A DNA stretch of 41,889 nucleotides, taken from assembly GCA_905372515.1 (NCBI GenBank), contig CAJPPJ010000002.1, forward strand, positions 1 through 41,889, read 5' to 3'. The notes below the pieces were generated by a model. That model was given only the letters and a program-made list of their open reading frames with translations. It did not search any database and was not told the origin of the DNA. The position numbers and the translations under genes were made by a program. Each line of letters starts with the position of its first letter. The stretch's first letter is position 1. This stretch comes from an uncultured Eubacteriales bacterium (GTDB lineage Bacteria; Bacillota_I; Bacilli_A; RF39; UBA660). Positions 1 through 9,403 of the stretch are shown in pieces.

Positions 1-1
1 C

Positions 2-691
2 CTTTTAAGTATTAATAAATGGGTAGAGGATAAAAATATTTTTGTTTTAACTAGTGGAAGAGGTATAGTAGGAATAAAAAATTTTATTAAAGATTATAAT
101 TTTTCTAAATATTATATTTGCTGTAATGGAGCTATAATTTATGATAAAGTCAATTCAAAAGTATTACATAATGATTATATTCCTAAAGATATAGTAGAAA
201 TTTTATATAATTATGGAATTAAAAACAATATAACAGTTTATTTACATTCTATGAATACTACAGAAACTTATTTAATAGATGAAGATATATATGAAGTAAC
301 ATATATAGTAGAAGAACCTTTTAATATAGATCAACTAGAAAAAATAAGAGAATTTGTATCTACTTATAAAGAAGTACAAATTACTCATGATTATCATAAT
401 AAATATAAAAAATATTATTTGTTTGATATTAATTTAAAAGGTAATTCCAAAGGTTTAGCTATAAAAAGATTATTAGAATATTTAAATATAGATAAATCTA
501 ATAGTTATGGAGTAGGAAATGGAAATAATGATGTTTCTATGACTTATTATGTTAGTAAAATGTTTGCAGTAGATAATGCTTGTGAAGAATTAAAAGAAGT
601 AGCAACAAAAATAGTATCTTCTAGTAATAATGGTGGAGTAAGTGAAGCAATTAATATTGTAATGGGAGAAGAAAATGACAGAAATAGATAA
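2..691 (+). CDS. Cof-type HAD-IIB family hydrolase (sugar-phosphatase-like); 5' end runs off the window
   Basis: The frame of ORF 251..691 stays open back to base 2 (LLSINKWVEDKNIFVLTSGRG...CCNGAIIYD). The C-terminal GVGNGNNDVSM...AVDNACEELKEVA resembles HAD motif IV of Cof/YidA-type phosphatases. The stop overlaps the tkt start. Confidence 0.75.
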   Translation, partial: LLSINKWVEDKNIFVLTSGRGIVGIKNFIKDYNFSKYYICCNGAIIYDKVNSKVLHNDYIPKDIVEILYNYGIKNNITVYLHSMNTTETYLIDEDIYEVTYIVEEPFNIDQLEKIREFVSTYKEVQITHDYHNKYKKYYLFDINLKGNSKGLAIKRLLEYLNIDKSNSYGVGNGNNDVSMTYYVSKMFAVDNACEELKEVATKIVSSSNNGGVSEAINIVMGEENDRNR

Positions 692-2603
692 AAAAATTAT
701 TAGTAATATTAGAGGTCTTTCTATAGATATGATAAATAAAGCAAATAGTGGACATCCTGGTATAGCACTTGGAGCAGCACCAATACTTTATACATTATTT
801 GCTAAAGTTTTAAAAATTAGTAGAGAAAATCCTAAATGGATATCTAGAGATAGGTTTATATTATCAGCAGGACATGGTTCTAGTTTATTATATTCATTAC
901 TTTTTTATTTAGATTATTTAAAATTAGATGATCTTAAAAATTTTCGTAGTTTAAATTCTAAAACCCCTGGACATCCTGAAATTGAAACTTTAGGAGTAGA
1001 AATGTCTACAGGTCCACTTGGACAAGGTATTGCTTCATCAGTGGGTTTTGCTATAGCCGAAAAATATCTTAGTAATTATTTTAATGATGATGTTATTAAT
1101 TATAAAACTTATTGTTTAGTAGGAGATGGAGATTTAGAAGAAGGTGTTGCTTTAGAAGCAATGAGTATAGCAGGAAATTTAGCACTTAATAACTTAATAG
1201 TATTATATGATTCAAATGAAGTAACACTTGATGGAAGTTTATATAACTCAAGTATTGATAATATAGAATTAAAAGTAAAATCTATGAATTGGAATTATAT
1301 TTTTGTAAAAGATGGTGAAAATATCTTAGATATTGAAAATGCTATAAAAGAAGCAAAAAGAAGTGATAAACCAGTACTTATAGAAATTAGAACTGTAATT
1401 GGAAGATATTCTTTATTACAAGGAACTCATAAAGTCCATGGAGCTCCTTTAACAGAAGAAGATATAGAACAATTAAAAGAAAAATTGGATTTAAGAAATC
1501 AAGAATTTTCTGTTTCTAAAGAAACTATTGATGAATTTCAAAAAATGGTTGATGATAGAAATGATTATGTTTATGAAAATTGGTTAAAGAAGAAAGATAT
1601 TTTAGATGATAAATTAAAAATTGAATTAGATGATTTTATTAATAAGAAATATGATTTAAATTTTGAAGGTCTTAGTGGGGAAGATGAAGCAGTAAGAGTT
1701 GCAAATAGTAAAGTACTTAACCTTATTGCTAAAGAAAATCCATTTATAATAGGTGGTAGTGCAGATTTAAGAGAATCTACTAAAGCTTCTATAACTGATA
1801 GTGGATATTTTAATAAAGATAATTATAAAAATAGAAATATTGCTTATGGAATAAGAGAACATGCGATGGGAGCTATAAGTAATGGTTTAGCATTATCTGG
1901 CTTAATACCTTTTGCATCTACATTTTTATCATTTTCAGATTATCTTAAACCTAGTATTAGATTATCTGCTCTTATGAATCAATTTGTTATTTATATTTTT
2001 ACTCATGATTCAATAACAGTAGGTGAAGATGGACCAACTCATCAACCGGTAGAACAACTAGTATCTTTAAGAAGTATACCTAATTTAGATGTTTATAGAC
2101 CAAATGATATAAATGAAGTAATAGGTGCTTATAAAGCTATGTTTAAAAGAAGAAAAGCAAGCTGTTTAGTAGCAAGTAGAAATAAAACTAAGTTAAAGAA
2201 TGAAACACAGATCAAATTAGTAGAAAAAGGTGGATATATTTTAAAAGAAACAAAAGATGTAGATTTTGTAATTATATCTTGTGGAGAGGAACTTGATTTA
2301 GCTGTAGATATTTTTGATGATTTAAGTTCTAAAGGTTATAACTTAAGATTAGTATCTATGCCATCTTTAAATATATTTAAGGAACAAAGTGAAGAATATC
2401 AAAAATCAGTATTAACTGATAAAGAAAAATTTGTTATTGAGTTTTCATCTTCTATGTCATGGACATCGATAACTGATGAAAAACATATCTTTTCTGTCAA
2501 TTCTTTTGGAAAAAGTGGAAAAGTTAAAGATATATTAGAGTATTTTAATTTAACTCATGATACAATAGAAAAAGAAATATTAAAAATGTTAAATGAGAGG
2601 TAA
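675..2603 (+). CDS. tkt: transketolase
   Basis: 642 aa. ThDP-binding motifs are present: NSGHPGIALGAAP, CLVGDGDLEEGV and HDSITVGEDGPTHQPVEQL. RBS GGGAGAAG lies upstream of the ATG. Confidence 0.96.
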   Translation: MTEIDKKIISNIRGLSIDMINKANSGHPGIALGAAPILYTLFAKVLKISRENPKWISRDRFILSAGHGSSLLYSLLFYLDYLKLDDLKNFRSLNSKTPGHPEIETLGVEMSTGPLGQGIASSVGFAIAEKYLSNYFNDDVINYKTYCLVGDGDLEEGVALEAMSIAGNLALNNLIVLYDSNEVTLDGSLYNSSIDNIELKVKSMNWNYIFVKDGENILDIENAIKEAKRSDKPVLIEIRTVIGRYSLLQGTHKVHGAPLTEEDIEQLKEKLDLRNQEFSVSKETIDEFQKMVDDRNDYVYENWLKKKDILDDKLKIELDDFINKKYDLNFEGLSGEDEAVRVANSKVLNLIAKENPFIIGGSADLRESTKASITDSGYFNKDNYKNRNIAYGIREHAMGAISNGLALSGLIPFASTFLSFSDYLKPSIRLSALMNQFVIYIFTHDSITVGEDGPTHQPVEQLVSLRSIPNLDVYRPNDINEVIGAYKAMFKRRKASCLVASRNKTKLKNETQIKLVEKGGYILKETKDVDFVIISCGEELDLAVDIFDDLSSKGYNLRLVSMPSLNIFKEQSEEYQKSVLTDKEKFVIEFSSSMSWTSITDEKHIFSVNSFGKSGKVKDILEYFNLTHDTIEKEILKMLNER

Positions 2604-2606
2604 TAT

Positions 2607-3794
2607 ATGAAAATATTAAAAAAATTAATTGTTTTAACAATTGTCTTAATTGGATTTACAGCTAATGCTCTTACAGTTACAGATGGAGCTATAGTTGGAA
2701 AAATGGTCATCAATAAAAGACCTACAGTAGTAAATGAACTTATTACAGTAAATTATGTATTTTTATACAAATCTAATAGAAACTCTAATATTCAAATAAA
2801 ATTAGAATATCCAAAAGAGTATTTATCAGCAAGATTTGTAGTATCACTTCCTGGAAAACCAAATCCAGCTTGTAAGTTTACAACATCTGATGTTATTACA
2901 TGTTATAATGTTGAACATTCAAAAGAACAATTAATAACTGTTATGTTTAAAATAGTTAAAACTTTTGATACAGATAAGAAAATAACTGCATCAATAGCAA
3001 GTGATTATGATAAAGTAAAATTTTCTACATCAAAATCAGAAATTACTATTCCTAAAATAAAAGCAAAAGATGGAAGTTTTATAAAAGTAGCAGAAAAACA
3101 TGAAGTAGCAGTAGAAGAAAATCAATCATTAAACTACGAAGTAACAAAAGAATATAAAGATAAAAAATTAACTTTTACATCTAGTGATCCTAGTATTGTA
3201 ACAGTAGATAAAGATGGAATTTTAACAGGAGTTAAAGAAGGTACAGCTAAAGTAACTATTGCAACAGAAGATGATCAAAAAACTGTAGAAGTTAAAGTAA
3301 CTCCTAAAGCAAAAGAAGAATGTACAGTAAATAAAGTAACAGTTACTAAACCTAGTAAATTTATTAGAGTAGGAGAAGTATTTTCTTTAGATGTTAAACC
3401 AGATAATACATGTTTTGATAAGAGAAATTTAAAATATGAAAATAGTGATAGTAGTGTTGTATGGGTTGATACTAATGGATATTTAGTAGGTTTAAAATCA
3501 GGTAAAGCACATGTTAAAATAATGTATAATGGTAAAGAACTTGCTAATTTAGATGTTCAAGTTGGACTTGAAAAGAAAAAATCTAATAATTCACTTTTAA
3601 TAATTATAGTATTAATTGTAATAGTTATAGTAGTAGTTTTATATTTCTTCTTAGGTAAGAAAAAGAAAGATTATCCATCATATGATCCAAGTGATGATAA
3701 AGATGATTACAGTAGTAGTAATACTAATAATAACAAGACAAAAGAAACTGATAATGAAGAAGAGTACTTTGATGGAATAGATTTAGACGTATAG
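2607..3794 (+). CDS. type I membrane surface protein with two bacterial Ig-like (Big_2) domains
   Basis: N-terminal signal peptide (MKILKKLIVLTIVLIGFTANA). Two Big_2-like segments (TFTSSDPSIVTVDKDGILTGVKEGTAKVTIA and YENSDSSVVWVDTNGYLVGLKSGKAHVKI). C-terminal TM helix (LLIIIVLIVIVIVVVLYFFL) followed by an acidic tail. Confidence 0.7.
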   Translation: MKILKKLIVLTIVLIGFTANALTVTDGAIVGKMVINKRPTVVNELITVNYVFLYKSNRNSNIQIKLEYPKEYLSARFVVSLPGKPNPACKFTTSDVITCYNVEHSKEQLITVMFKIVKTFDTDKKITASIASDYDKVKFSTSKSEITIPKIKAKDGSFIKVAEKHEVAVEENQSLNYEVTKEYKDKKLTFTSSDPSIVTVDKDGILTGVKEGTAKVTIATEDDQKTVEVKVTPKAKEECTVNKVTVTKPSKFIRVGEVFSLDVKPDNTCFDKRNLKYENSDSSVVWVDTNGYLVGLKSGKAHVKIMYNGKELANLDVQVGLEKKKSNNSLLIIIVLIVIVIVVVLYFFLGKKKKDYPSYDPSDDKDDYSSSNTNNNKTKETDNEEEYFDGIDLDV

Positions 3795-3803
3795 GGAGGT
3801 TAA

Positions 3804-4022
3804 ATGTTAAAAGATATATTATTAATTCTTTTAGGAATTGGAATAGGATCGTTAATTGGATTCTTAATAGCTAAAAAATATATGGAAAAATATTTAGAAA
3901 AGAATCCTCCAATTAATGAAGATATGATTAAAATGTTAATGAATCAAATGGGAAGACCAGTGAATCAAAAACAAATTAACCAAATGATGAAACAAATGAA
4001 AAACAAACAACAAACTAAGTAA
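3804..4022 (+). CDS. UPF0154/YneF-family small membrane protein
   Basis: 72 aa. One N-terminal TM helix followed by [37 protein letters not shown], which matches the YneF-type pattern from memory. RBS GGGAGG. Confidence 0.7.
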   Translation: MLKDILLILLGIGIGSLIGFLIAKKYMEKYLEKNPPINEDMIKMLMNQMGRPVNQKQINQMMKQMKNKQQTK

Positions 4023-4040
4023 ATTTAGTTTGTTGTTTTT
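4005..4040 (+). terminator. rho-independent terminator after the yneF-like gene
   Basis: A 13-bp perfect stem (AAACAACAAACTA at 4005-4017, TAGTTTGTTGTTT at 4026-4038) runs into a T tract. Confidence 0.6.
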
Positions 4041-4118
4041 ACATATAAAAATAATCTTTAATTTATTTTAAGTTTTAAAAAAATTTATAAGTTATAATAA
4101 CTATAATAGAGGTTTATT

Positions 4119-6977
4119 ATGAAACATAAAAAATATTTGATTATATTAGTAGTATCACTTTTATTTTTAAGTTCTTTTCTACTAATTAATAGGAATAATA
4201 TTACTAAGAAAAAAGTGTTAAAAGAATTAAACTATGATGTAACTTATGAACAAGCTTTTCCAGATCCTAATTTAAGAAGAGGTATAATACTTTGTATTAT
4301 GCGTAATAAGTGTGGAGATACAGATTATAATTCGGGAGCATATAATTATGAAAAATATTATGAAACATTATCAAAATGGCCTTCTACAAATAATTATTTT
4401 GATAAATATTATCAAGCACTTGCTTATCAAACTAGACCTGAATATGGAGCATTAATATATGATTCTGACATTCAAATTGAAGAATCAAAAAAAATAAAAA
4501 AAGAAGATTTAGAAAAAATAAAAGTGTTGATATCTAGAAGTTTTACAGAAGATGTAACAACTTTGCAAGGAATAGAATATTTAACAAATTTAAAAGCAAT
4601 AGTATTATCAAATGTCAAACAAGAAAATTTAGACTTTTCATATAATAAACTATTAGAAGTTTTATTAGTTAATATTAATGATAATCATCATACTTTTCAA
4701 AAAACAACAAAATCTCTAAATCTTAGTCAAAATACTATGCTTAGAGAACTATCTGTAACTTTAGCATCAGAAGATAGTAATTTAGATTATTCTCATTTAA
4801 ATAATTTAAATACTATAGTAATAACTGATAGTAAAATTAGAAGTATAATTTTACCAAATAATTTAAGAAAAGTTGATTTAGCTCGTAATCATATAACAGA
4901 TATTGATTTAAGTCATCATCATAATCTAGAACATTTAAGATTACAACAAAATCCTCTACATCAAATAGATATAAAAACTTTAAATAATTTAAAGTATTTA
5001 AATTTGCATAATACTTTAATTAATCAAAGTTTAGATTTAAGTAAAAATGTAAAACTAGAGGAACTTTATTTGGGTCTAGATGGGGGGAAAATAGAAACCT
5101 TAGATTTAAGTAATAATCCCAATTTAACTAATCTTTATGTAAGATCTCAATTAAAAAAAATTAATTTAAATAATAACCATAATTTAAAAGAACTAATATT
5201 AAGATATAATCATTTAGAAACTTTAGATTTAAGTAAAAATTTAGTATTAGATAATCCGGATTTAGATGGTAATCATATAGCAAATTTGAAAATACCTAAT
5301 CATATAACAGGTGGTAGTGTACAAACAGTTAAATTTAAAGTTAAGAAAAATTCATATCAAGAATTACCATTACTGTTAAATGACAATAAAGTTTACTTGA
5401 ATAATAGTATTAATTTTACTAGAAATGGTGACAAATATGTATTTAATAAGTTAGGAACTTATAATGAACAAGCAATTAATCAAATTCATGGATATACATA
5501 TCATGTAAATGCTCAAGTAGAAGTAGTAGCAGGTGAAGAAGATAGTTTTAATCCTATAGTAAATCAAGGTGATTATAAACCTGAAATAGATGAAGATATT
5601 TCTAAAGAAAATATTAAAAAGATGATTACTAATTTACCAAGTAATATTAAAAATTTTGAAATAGTTAGTCCTTTACCAACTAAATTTAATAATAAAGGTA
5701 AACATAATGTAAAAGTAAGAGTAACATTTAGCGATGATACATTTAAAGAGTTTGATGTACCAGTTAATATTTATGAAAAAAGATATATTTCACCAACAGT
5801 AAATCTTTCTCCAAATCCAGCAGAAGTTTTAGAAGGAAAAGCAGTAAATATTAATATTACAAGAACTTATGATCAAGAAGAAAGAATAGATGATGTTAAT
5901 TTTATAAAATACATAAAAGATACCGATATAGATACTTTTGGATGTACAGGTTTACCAAGTGGTTTAACATGTGATTTATCAAAAATAAGTGGAACATTAA
6001 ATTATATATTTACTGGAACAGAAGAAGTAAAAGAATTTGATTTTATATACAAAGAAGGTTGGAATAAAAGTGGTAAAATTACAAAGCAAGTCAAAATTAA
6101 ATTATTAAGAGATACAGATGGGGACGGAATACCAGATAAAGATGATGATGATAAAGATGGTGATGGATATTCTAATGCAGTAGAAATAGCTAAGGGAAGT
6201 GATCCATATAATAAAAATTCTACACCAGATATGACAAAGAAAAAACAATTGGACGAACTTGTAAAAGAATTAGAAAAATTAATAAATGATACTAAAAAGA
6301 ATCCGTTTGATAATAAAAATAAAAATGATGTAGATAATCTAAAAAATAATATTTTACCTGATAAAGAAAATAAAAAAAATGATATAAAAAATTCATATAA
6401 TGATATGACTTCTGATACTGATTTAGAAAAATTAAAACAAAAGGTACAAAAAGAAATAGATGATTTAAAACAAGAAATAAATAAACTAAGGGATAAAGCT
6501 AACTTTGAAGAATTGGATAAAGAGATAGCAAAACCTATAGAAGATATTTATACACCAGAGACAGTAAAACCACTAAAAGATAAAATAGAAGAAGCTAAAA
6601 ACATGTCTAGAGATACTTCTACACAAAGTGAAGTAGACGATATGACTAGAATTATAAAAGATTTAAGAGATAAATTAAAAATAAATAAAGAGAAACTTAA
6701 AGAAAAAATAGAAGAGTTAGAAAAGAAAATAGATGAAGGTAAATGTTTAAATGAAGAATGTAAAAAAACATTAGAAGATGCTAAAGATTTATATAATAAG
6801 TCGTCTATTACTAAAGAAGAAATGTTAAATATGATAGCTAGAATTAATAGCTTACTTAATAAAAATGAAACTATTGTTAATCCAAAAACAGGTGTTGCTA
6901 CTTATTTATTTATATTGATATTAATAATTATAATAAGTGTAGTTCTTTTCAAAAGAAAGAAAAATTATATTAGATAA
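4119..6977 (+). CDS. internalin-like leucine-rich-repeat surface protein with Rib-like domain, TSP3-type Ca-binding motif, coiled coil and NPKTG cell-wall sorting signal
   Basis: N-terminal signal/anchor, then an internalin cap-like YEQAFPDPNLRRGII. About 22-aa LRRs follow (LDLSKNVKLEELYL, LDLSNNPNLTNLYV, LDLSKNLVLDNPDL). Also present: KVRVTFSDDTFKEFDVPVNIYE (Rib-like), DTDGDGIPDKDDDDKDGDGYSN, and a long K/E-rich coiled coil. The C-terminus is NPKTG, a hydrophobic helix, then KRKKNYIR. Confidence 0.8.
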   Translation: MKHKKYLIILVVSLLFLSSFLLINRNNITKKKVLKELNYDVTYEQAFPDPNLRRGIILCIMRNKCGDTDYNSGAYNYEKYYETLSKWPSTNNYFDKYYQALAYQTRPEYGALIYDSDIQIEESKKIKKEDLEKIKVLISRSFTEDVTTLQGIEYLTNLKAIVLSNVKQENLDFSYNKLLEVLLVNINDNHHTFQKTTKSLNLSQNTMLRELSVTLASEDSNLDYSHLNNLNTIVITDSKIRSIILPNNLRKVDLARNHITDIDLSHHHNLEHLRLQQNPLHQIDIKTLNNLKYLNLHNTLINQSLDLSKNVKLEELYLGLDGGKIETLDLSNNPNLTNLYVRSQLKKINLNNNHNLKELILRYNHLETLDLSKNLVLDNPDLDGNHIANLKIPNHITGGSVQTVKFKVKKNSYQELPLLLNDNKVYLNNSINFTRNGDKYVFNKLGTYNEQAINQIHGYTYHVNAQVEVVAGEEDSFNPIVNQGDYKPEIDEDISKENIKKMITNLPSNIKNFEIVSPLPTKFNNKGKHNVKVRVTFSDDTFKEFDVPVNIYEKRYISPTVNLSPNPAEVLEGKAVNINITRTYDQEERIDDVNFIKYIKDTDIDTFGCTGLPSGLTCDLSKISGTLNYIFTGTEEVKEFDFIYKEGWNKSGKITKQVKIKLLRDTDGDGIPDKDDDDKDGDGYSNAVEIAKGSDPYNKNSTPDMTKKKQLDELVKELEKLINDTKKNPFDNKNKNDVDNLKNNILPDKENKKNDIKNSYNDMTSDTDLEKLKQKVQKEIDDLKQEINKLRDKANFEELDKEIAKPIEDIYTPETVKPLKDKIEEAKNMSRDTSTQSEVDDMTRIIKDLRDKLKINKEKLKEKIEELEKKIDEGKCLNEECKKTLEDAKDLYNKSSITKEEMLNMIARINSLLNKNETIVNPKTGVATYLFILILIIIISVVLFKRKKNYIR

Positions 6978-6999
6978 AGTTTATACTTTATCTTTTTTA
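6973..6999 (+). terminator. rho-independent terminator after the LRR gene
   Basis: GATAAAGT-TTAT-ACTTTATC hairpin followed by TTTTTTAT. Confidence 0.6.
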
Positions 7000-7044
7000 T
7001 TTTTAAATTTAACAATATATAGTATAATTATCTTAGGAGATACT

Positions 7045-8217
7045 ATGAGAAGACTATTTACTTCAATAGAATTAAGTTCTAATTATATAAAATTAATTAT
7101 ATTAGAAAAGATTCAAAATAAGTTTTATTGTTTGTATTCAGATGTTACTGATGCTAGTGGAATATCTAAAGGTTTAATTATTGATAGTAGCGAAGTTATT
7201 AGTTCTTTAAAAAAGGCTTTAAAAAAAGCTTATGATAAAACTAATTTAAAAATAGATAAAGTTATACTTACAATAAGTCCAATAGATGCTAATTTTATGG
7301 TAGTATCATCTACTACTTATGTAGATAATATAGATGGTATAGTAAATCAAAATTTTATAGATAAAAGTCTAAATTCTGCAGTAGATAGTAAAAAGGATTT
7401 AAAAGATGAATTAGTTATGACTAGTCCTGTGACTTTTAAATTAGATGATAATCAAGTTTTAGATCCAGTTGGTATGACAGGAAATAAATTATATGTAAAA
7501 GCCGTAGCTTCTACAATGGCAAAAAAAAATCTCTATCCATACTTTAATGTTTTTAATACTTTAAATATAGATGTACTTGATATTTGTTATTCTTTAGTTG
7601 GAGATTTTGAAGCTAATAAATCAAAAAATGATAAACTAGAACACGGTGTAGTAATAAATATTGAAGAAGATATAGTGAATATTGGAATATTTAATAAAGG
7701 TATTTTAATAAAAACTGACTATTTAAAAATTGGTAGTAGTGCTATAGATAAAGATATTAAGTATATTTACGATTTAAAAGAAGAAGATATTAAATATTTA
7801 AAAGAAAATTTTGCATCATTATCTAGTAGAGCTAATTATAAATATGATACAATTGAACTTAATACTAGTAATGGTAATTTAATAAAAATAAAAGAAAGTG
7901 ATGTAGTTAAAATTATTACTAGTAGAGTTACTAATATTTTAGATTTAGTAAAAAATAAGTTTAAAAACTTAACAAATAAAGAAATAAATTATATAATTGT
8001 AACAGGAGAATTAACAGAATTAAATGGATGTTCTCAAGTTGTAGAAAAAGTTTTAGGACCTAAAAGTAAAATTGGTAATATAAAACTTATAGGAGCTAGA
8101 AATAATATATATTCAAGTGTAATTGGTTCTATATATTATTTAGAAAATAAATATAAAAATATTGGAATGTTAAATTCTTTAGAGATAGAAAAAATAAATT
8201 CTAAAGAATATGAATGA
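7045..8217 (+). CDS. ftsA: cell division protein FtsA (divergent)
   Basis: 390-aa actin-like protein immediately upstream of ftsZ. It has the SHS2/FtsA-like layout (IELSSNYIKLIILE..., GVVINIEEDIVNIGIF, IIVTGELTELNG). It ends in TGA (8215-8217). Confidence 0.8.
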   Translation: MRRLFTSIELSSNYIKLIILEKIQNKFYCLYSDVTDASGISKGLIIDSSEVISSLKKALKKAYDKTNLKIDKVILTISPIDANFMVVSSTTYVDNIDGIVNQNFIDKSLNSAVDSKKDLKDELVMTSPVTFKLDDNQVLDPVGMTGNKLYVKAVASTMAKKNLYPYFNVFNTLNIDVLDICYSLVGDFEANKSKNDKLEHGVVINIEEDIVNIGIFNKGILIKTDYLKIGSSAIDKDIKYIYDLKEEDIKYLKENFASLSSRANYKYDTIELNTSNGNLIKIKESDVVKIITSRVTNILDLVKNKFKNLTNKEINYIIVTGELTELNGCSQVVEKVLGPKSKIGNIKLIGARNNIYSSVIGSIYYLENKYKNIGMLNSLEIEKINSKEYE

Positions 8218-8231
8218 TCTAGGAGGAAAGA

Positions 8232-9344
8232 ATGTTTGATGAATTAACCAATGTAAGAGCTGCTAATATTAAGGTAATTGGTGTTGGTGGTGGAGGTTGT
8301 AAAGCCGTTAATAGAATGAAAGAGACAGTTGAAGGTGTTACTTTTATTATTGCTAATACTGATTTACAAGATTTAACTACAGCTAATGCTGATGTTAAAA
8401 TTCAATTAGGACAAGAATTGACTGGTGGTAGAGGAAGTGGTGCTAAACCAGAAGTAGGTAAAAAAGCAGCACAAGAATCTAAAAAAGAAATAGAAGATGC
8501 TTTACAAGGTGCACACATGGTATTTATTACTTGTGGAGAAGGTGGAGGAACTGGAACAGGAGCAGCTCCAGTAATCGCTGAAATAGCACAAAACTTAGGA
8601 GCACTTACAATTGCAGTAGTTACTAAACCATTTTCATTTGAAGGTAAATCTAGAATGAAGAATGCTCAAATAGGTATAGAAGAATTAAGAAAACATGTAG
8701 ATTCTTTAATTGTAGTACCTAATGATAATCTAGAAACTTTAATAGATAAGAATACACCTGTATTACAAGCATTTGGAGAAGTTGATAATGTTTTAAGACA
8801 AAGTGTTCAATCAATTTCTGATTTAATTAATTTCCCTGGAGATATTAACTTAGATTTCTCTGATATTACTACTACTATGAAAGATAGTGGAACAGCAGTT
8901 ATAGGTATAGGTGTTGGTACAGGAGAAGATAGAGCGATTCAAGCAGCTAAACAAGCAGTACAATCTCCGCTTTTAGAAAAATCTATAGTTGGAGCTACTA
9001 AAGCAATTATTAATATAACTGGTGGAAGTAATTTAACATTATATGAAACTAAACAAGCAGTTAAAATTATAGAAAGTTATGCTCAAACAGATTTAAACGT
9101 ATTCTATGGAACTATAATTAATAAAAATATTAGTGATGATCAAATTATTGTTACAGTAATAGCGACAGGTTTTGAAGATTATGCTAAAGCACCTTCTTCT
9201 GATGAAACAACAGAAGTATTAGATGTACAAAAAAGAGAAGAAATAGAACCTGTTAAAGAAGTAAGTCATTCATATGATGATATAGATACTGATACAGATA
9301 GTGATTATGTATTACCAAGTTTTTTAAGAAATAAAAATTATTAG
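8232..9344 (+). CDS. ftsZ: cell division GTPase FtsZ
   Basis: IKVIGVGGGGCKAVNRM, the tubulin signature GGGTGTGAAPVIAEIA, and NLDFSD. The acidic C-terminal tail ends in the conserved peptide-like DYVLPSFLRN. Confidence 0.98.
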   Translation: MFDELTNVRAANIKVIGVGGGGCKAVNRMKETVEGVTFIIANTDLQDLTTANADVKIQLGQELTGGRGSGAKPEVGKKAAQESKKEIEDALQGAHMVFITCGEGGGTGTGAAPVIAEIAQNLGALTIAVVTKPFSFEGKSRMKNAQIGIEELRKHVDSLIVVPNDNLETLIDKNTPVLQAFGEVDNVLRQSVQSISDLINFPGDINLDFSDITTTMKDSGTAVIGIGVGTGEDRAIQAAKQAVQSPLLEKSIVGATKAIINITGGSNLTLYETKQAVKIIESYAQTDLNVFYGTIINKNISDDQIIVTVIATGFEDYAKAPSSDETTEVLDVQKREEIEPVKEVSHSYDDIDTDTDSDYVLPSFLRNKNY

Positions 9345-9374
9345 AAGTTATAAAATATAACTTCTTTTTATTTT
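9343..9374 (+). terminator. rho-independent terminator after ftsZ
   Basis: AGAAGTTATA-AAA-TATAACTTCT perfect 10-bp stem followed by TTTTATTTT. Confidence 0.7.
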
Positions 9375-9403
9375 AAAGTCTTTAGTTTATAATATAGTGT
9401 GTT

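Noticed and set aside
4560-5300. Periodic DNA of about 66 nt that could be mistaken for a tandem repeat or CRISPR-like array.
   Set aside because: The periodicity is the coding signature of 22-aa leucine-rich repeats inside one long ORF. The units are degenerate, not identical repeats separated by unique spacers.
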